Assembly: GCF_964213995.1 (NCBI RefSeq)
Contig: NC_135808.1
Coordinates: 31,124,001-31,188,000, forward strand
DNA from: Mustelus asterias
Lineage: Eukaryota
DNA length: 64,000 nt
Reading direction: 5' to 3'
The position numbers and the translations under genes were made by a program. The notes beneath the pieces are model-generated. The model did no database searches and was not told the DNA's origin. It was given only the letters and a program-made list of their open reading frames with translations. Positions 62,366 through 64,000 of this stretch are shown here, piece after piece (the first letter of the stretch is position 1; each line of letters starts with the position of its first letter).

Positions 62366-63249
62366 CTTATGTTTGTTATTAATTTATGGTATTTGGGCAT
62401 CACTGGTTAGGCCATAATTTATTGCCCATCCCTAGTTGCCCTTCAGAAGGTGGTGGTCAGCTGCCTTCTTGGACCACTGCAGTCCCTGAGGTGTAGATAC
62501 ATCCATAGTGCTGTTAAAGAGGGAGTTCCAGGGTTTTGACCCAGTGACAGTGAAGGAACGGCAATATATTTCCAAGTCAGGATGGTGAGTTGCTTGGAGG
62601 GGAACATCCAGGTGGTGATATTCACAGATGTCTGCTGCTCTTGTCCTTCTAGATATTACAGGCTGTGGGTTTGGAAGCTGCTGCCTAAAGGAACCTAAAT
62701 GATTTCCTGCAATGCTTCTCTGAAACTTAAGATGCTGGCTGCTTAATGGAGTAATAATAACCACTGAACTCAAGAGAATATCAACATCAGACCCTAACCA
62801 TAGAATCAGAGAAGATTTTCAACAGATGAGGCCATTCTGCCCATTGTGTGCATGCCTGTCAATGAAGAGTTATCCAGCTTAACCCCTGGATCAGTATCCT
62901 ACAGCTCATTGTTCTTCAAATGGGCATCTGAGTTTCTATCTCCACCACCATTTCATGGAGAGTGCTAGCCTCCTGCTTCATCCAAAAAATATGTTTCTTC
63001 ACTTTTATCCTTCCACTAATTATTTAAAATCTGTGTTCCTTGACTCCCCCCATTTACTTTATCCAGGTCCCTTATCCGCCTCAATTAAATGCCCCAAAAA
63101 TTCATGGGGTTGGATTTTCCAGGTTCTCCGACATTGGGCGCAGGAAACATCCTGGTGGTAAATTGGGGAGATTGCCCACCCAGTGCCAGTCTGTCGCTGC
63201 CCACATCCAGCTGCTTTGCCACCTTCCCAGGTCAAGTCAAATCAAATCA

Positions 63250-63825
63250 GGCTACTAATCAGTCGCAAGTAGGCTTACATTCACACTGCAATGAAGGTAC
63301 TGTGAAAATCCCTGAGTTGCCACACTCATACGCCTGTTCTTAAAGCGAAGTTTATTTATTAGTCACAAGTAAGGCTTACATTAACACTGCAATGAAGTTA
63401 CTGTGAAATTCCCCTCGTCGCCACAGTCAGGCACCTGTTCGGGTCAATGCAGCAATGCACCTAATGAGCACGTCTTTCAGAATGTGGGAGGAAACCAGAG
63501 CACCCGGAGGAAACCCACGCAGAACGGGGAGAACGTACAAACTCCACACAGAGTGTCCCAAGCCAGGAAACAAACCTGGGTCCCTGGCGCTGTGAAGCAG
63601 CAGTGTTAACTACTGTGCTACCATGCCGCCCACGGGTACACTGAGGGAGAATTTTGTATGGCCAATGCACCTAACCAGCACATCCTTGGACTGTGAGAGG
63701 AAACCGGAGGAAACCCATGCAGACACGGGGAGAATGTGCAAACTCCACACTGACAGTTACCCAAGCCGGGAACCGAACCCGGGTCCCTGGTGCTGTGAGG
63801 CAGCAGTGCTAACCACTGTGCCACT
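63250..63825 (-). mobile_element. Nested V-SINE copies with the alternative (Rex1-like) tail
   Basis: V-core plus tail TTTCACAGTAACTTCATTGCAGTGTTAATGTAAGCCT(T)ACTTGTGAC..TAATAAA. The same variant occurs at about 22885-23130, 44093-44385, 45170-45472 and 57888-59190. Confidence 0.8.
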
Positions 63826-64000
63826 TCAATTAGGAGTGGACCCATTCATTCAGGACTGGCCCAAAGCCTCATCAGGTCAGATGTGACCCCCCACTGGGCC
63901 TCAACTGAATTCAGCTCCCGTGGTGACATACTCACTGCCCGAGCTCTGAAGCATCTGAAATTTCCACCCTCTCAACCTATTTCTCATTCACAGAAGCAGA

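Noticed and set aside
43909-64000. Second MHC class I gene on the plus strand downstream of the duplicated leader
   Set aside because: No alpha1, alpha2 or Ig-C1 motifs found in the ORF track or by eye. Short or decayed exons could have been missed.

Overview
Repeat-rich vertebrate genomic DNA. The HE1-like V-SINEs and CR1 LINEs point to a shark or ray (inference). Two host immune genes lie on the minus strand. The first is the RING/B-box exon of a TRIM gene (907-1320, continuing off the left edge) with an ISRE-like motif just upstream. The second is a complete five-exon non-classical MHC class I gene (39742 to 21951, 352 aa predicted). It lacks several peptide-anchor residues, has a hydrophobic predicted groove, and has a cytoplasmic tail built from a 10-bp minisatellite. 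An inverted copy of its promoter and leader exon lies head-to-head at about 43190-43908 and has no splice donor. Between the genes is a young endogenous retrovirus without PR/RT/RNase H (8191-14753: 730-bp LTRs with about 6 mismatches, 5-bp TSD, tRNA-Phe PBS, gag, broken gamma-type env). The window also has two solo LTRs, a young CR1 with an uninterrupted 791-aa ORF2 fragment, and about nine Penelope-like insertions, most with 12-14-bp TSDs. Their terminal repeats carry minimal hammerhead ribozyme motifs with covarying stems, and one insertion duplicated an MHC splice donor. The remainder is SINEs, LINE fragments, MITEs and minisatellites. All coordinates and comparisons were made by eye and no database searches were run.
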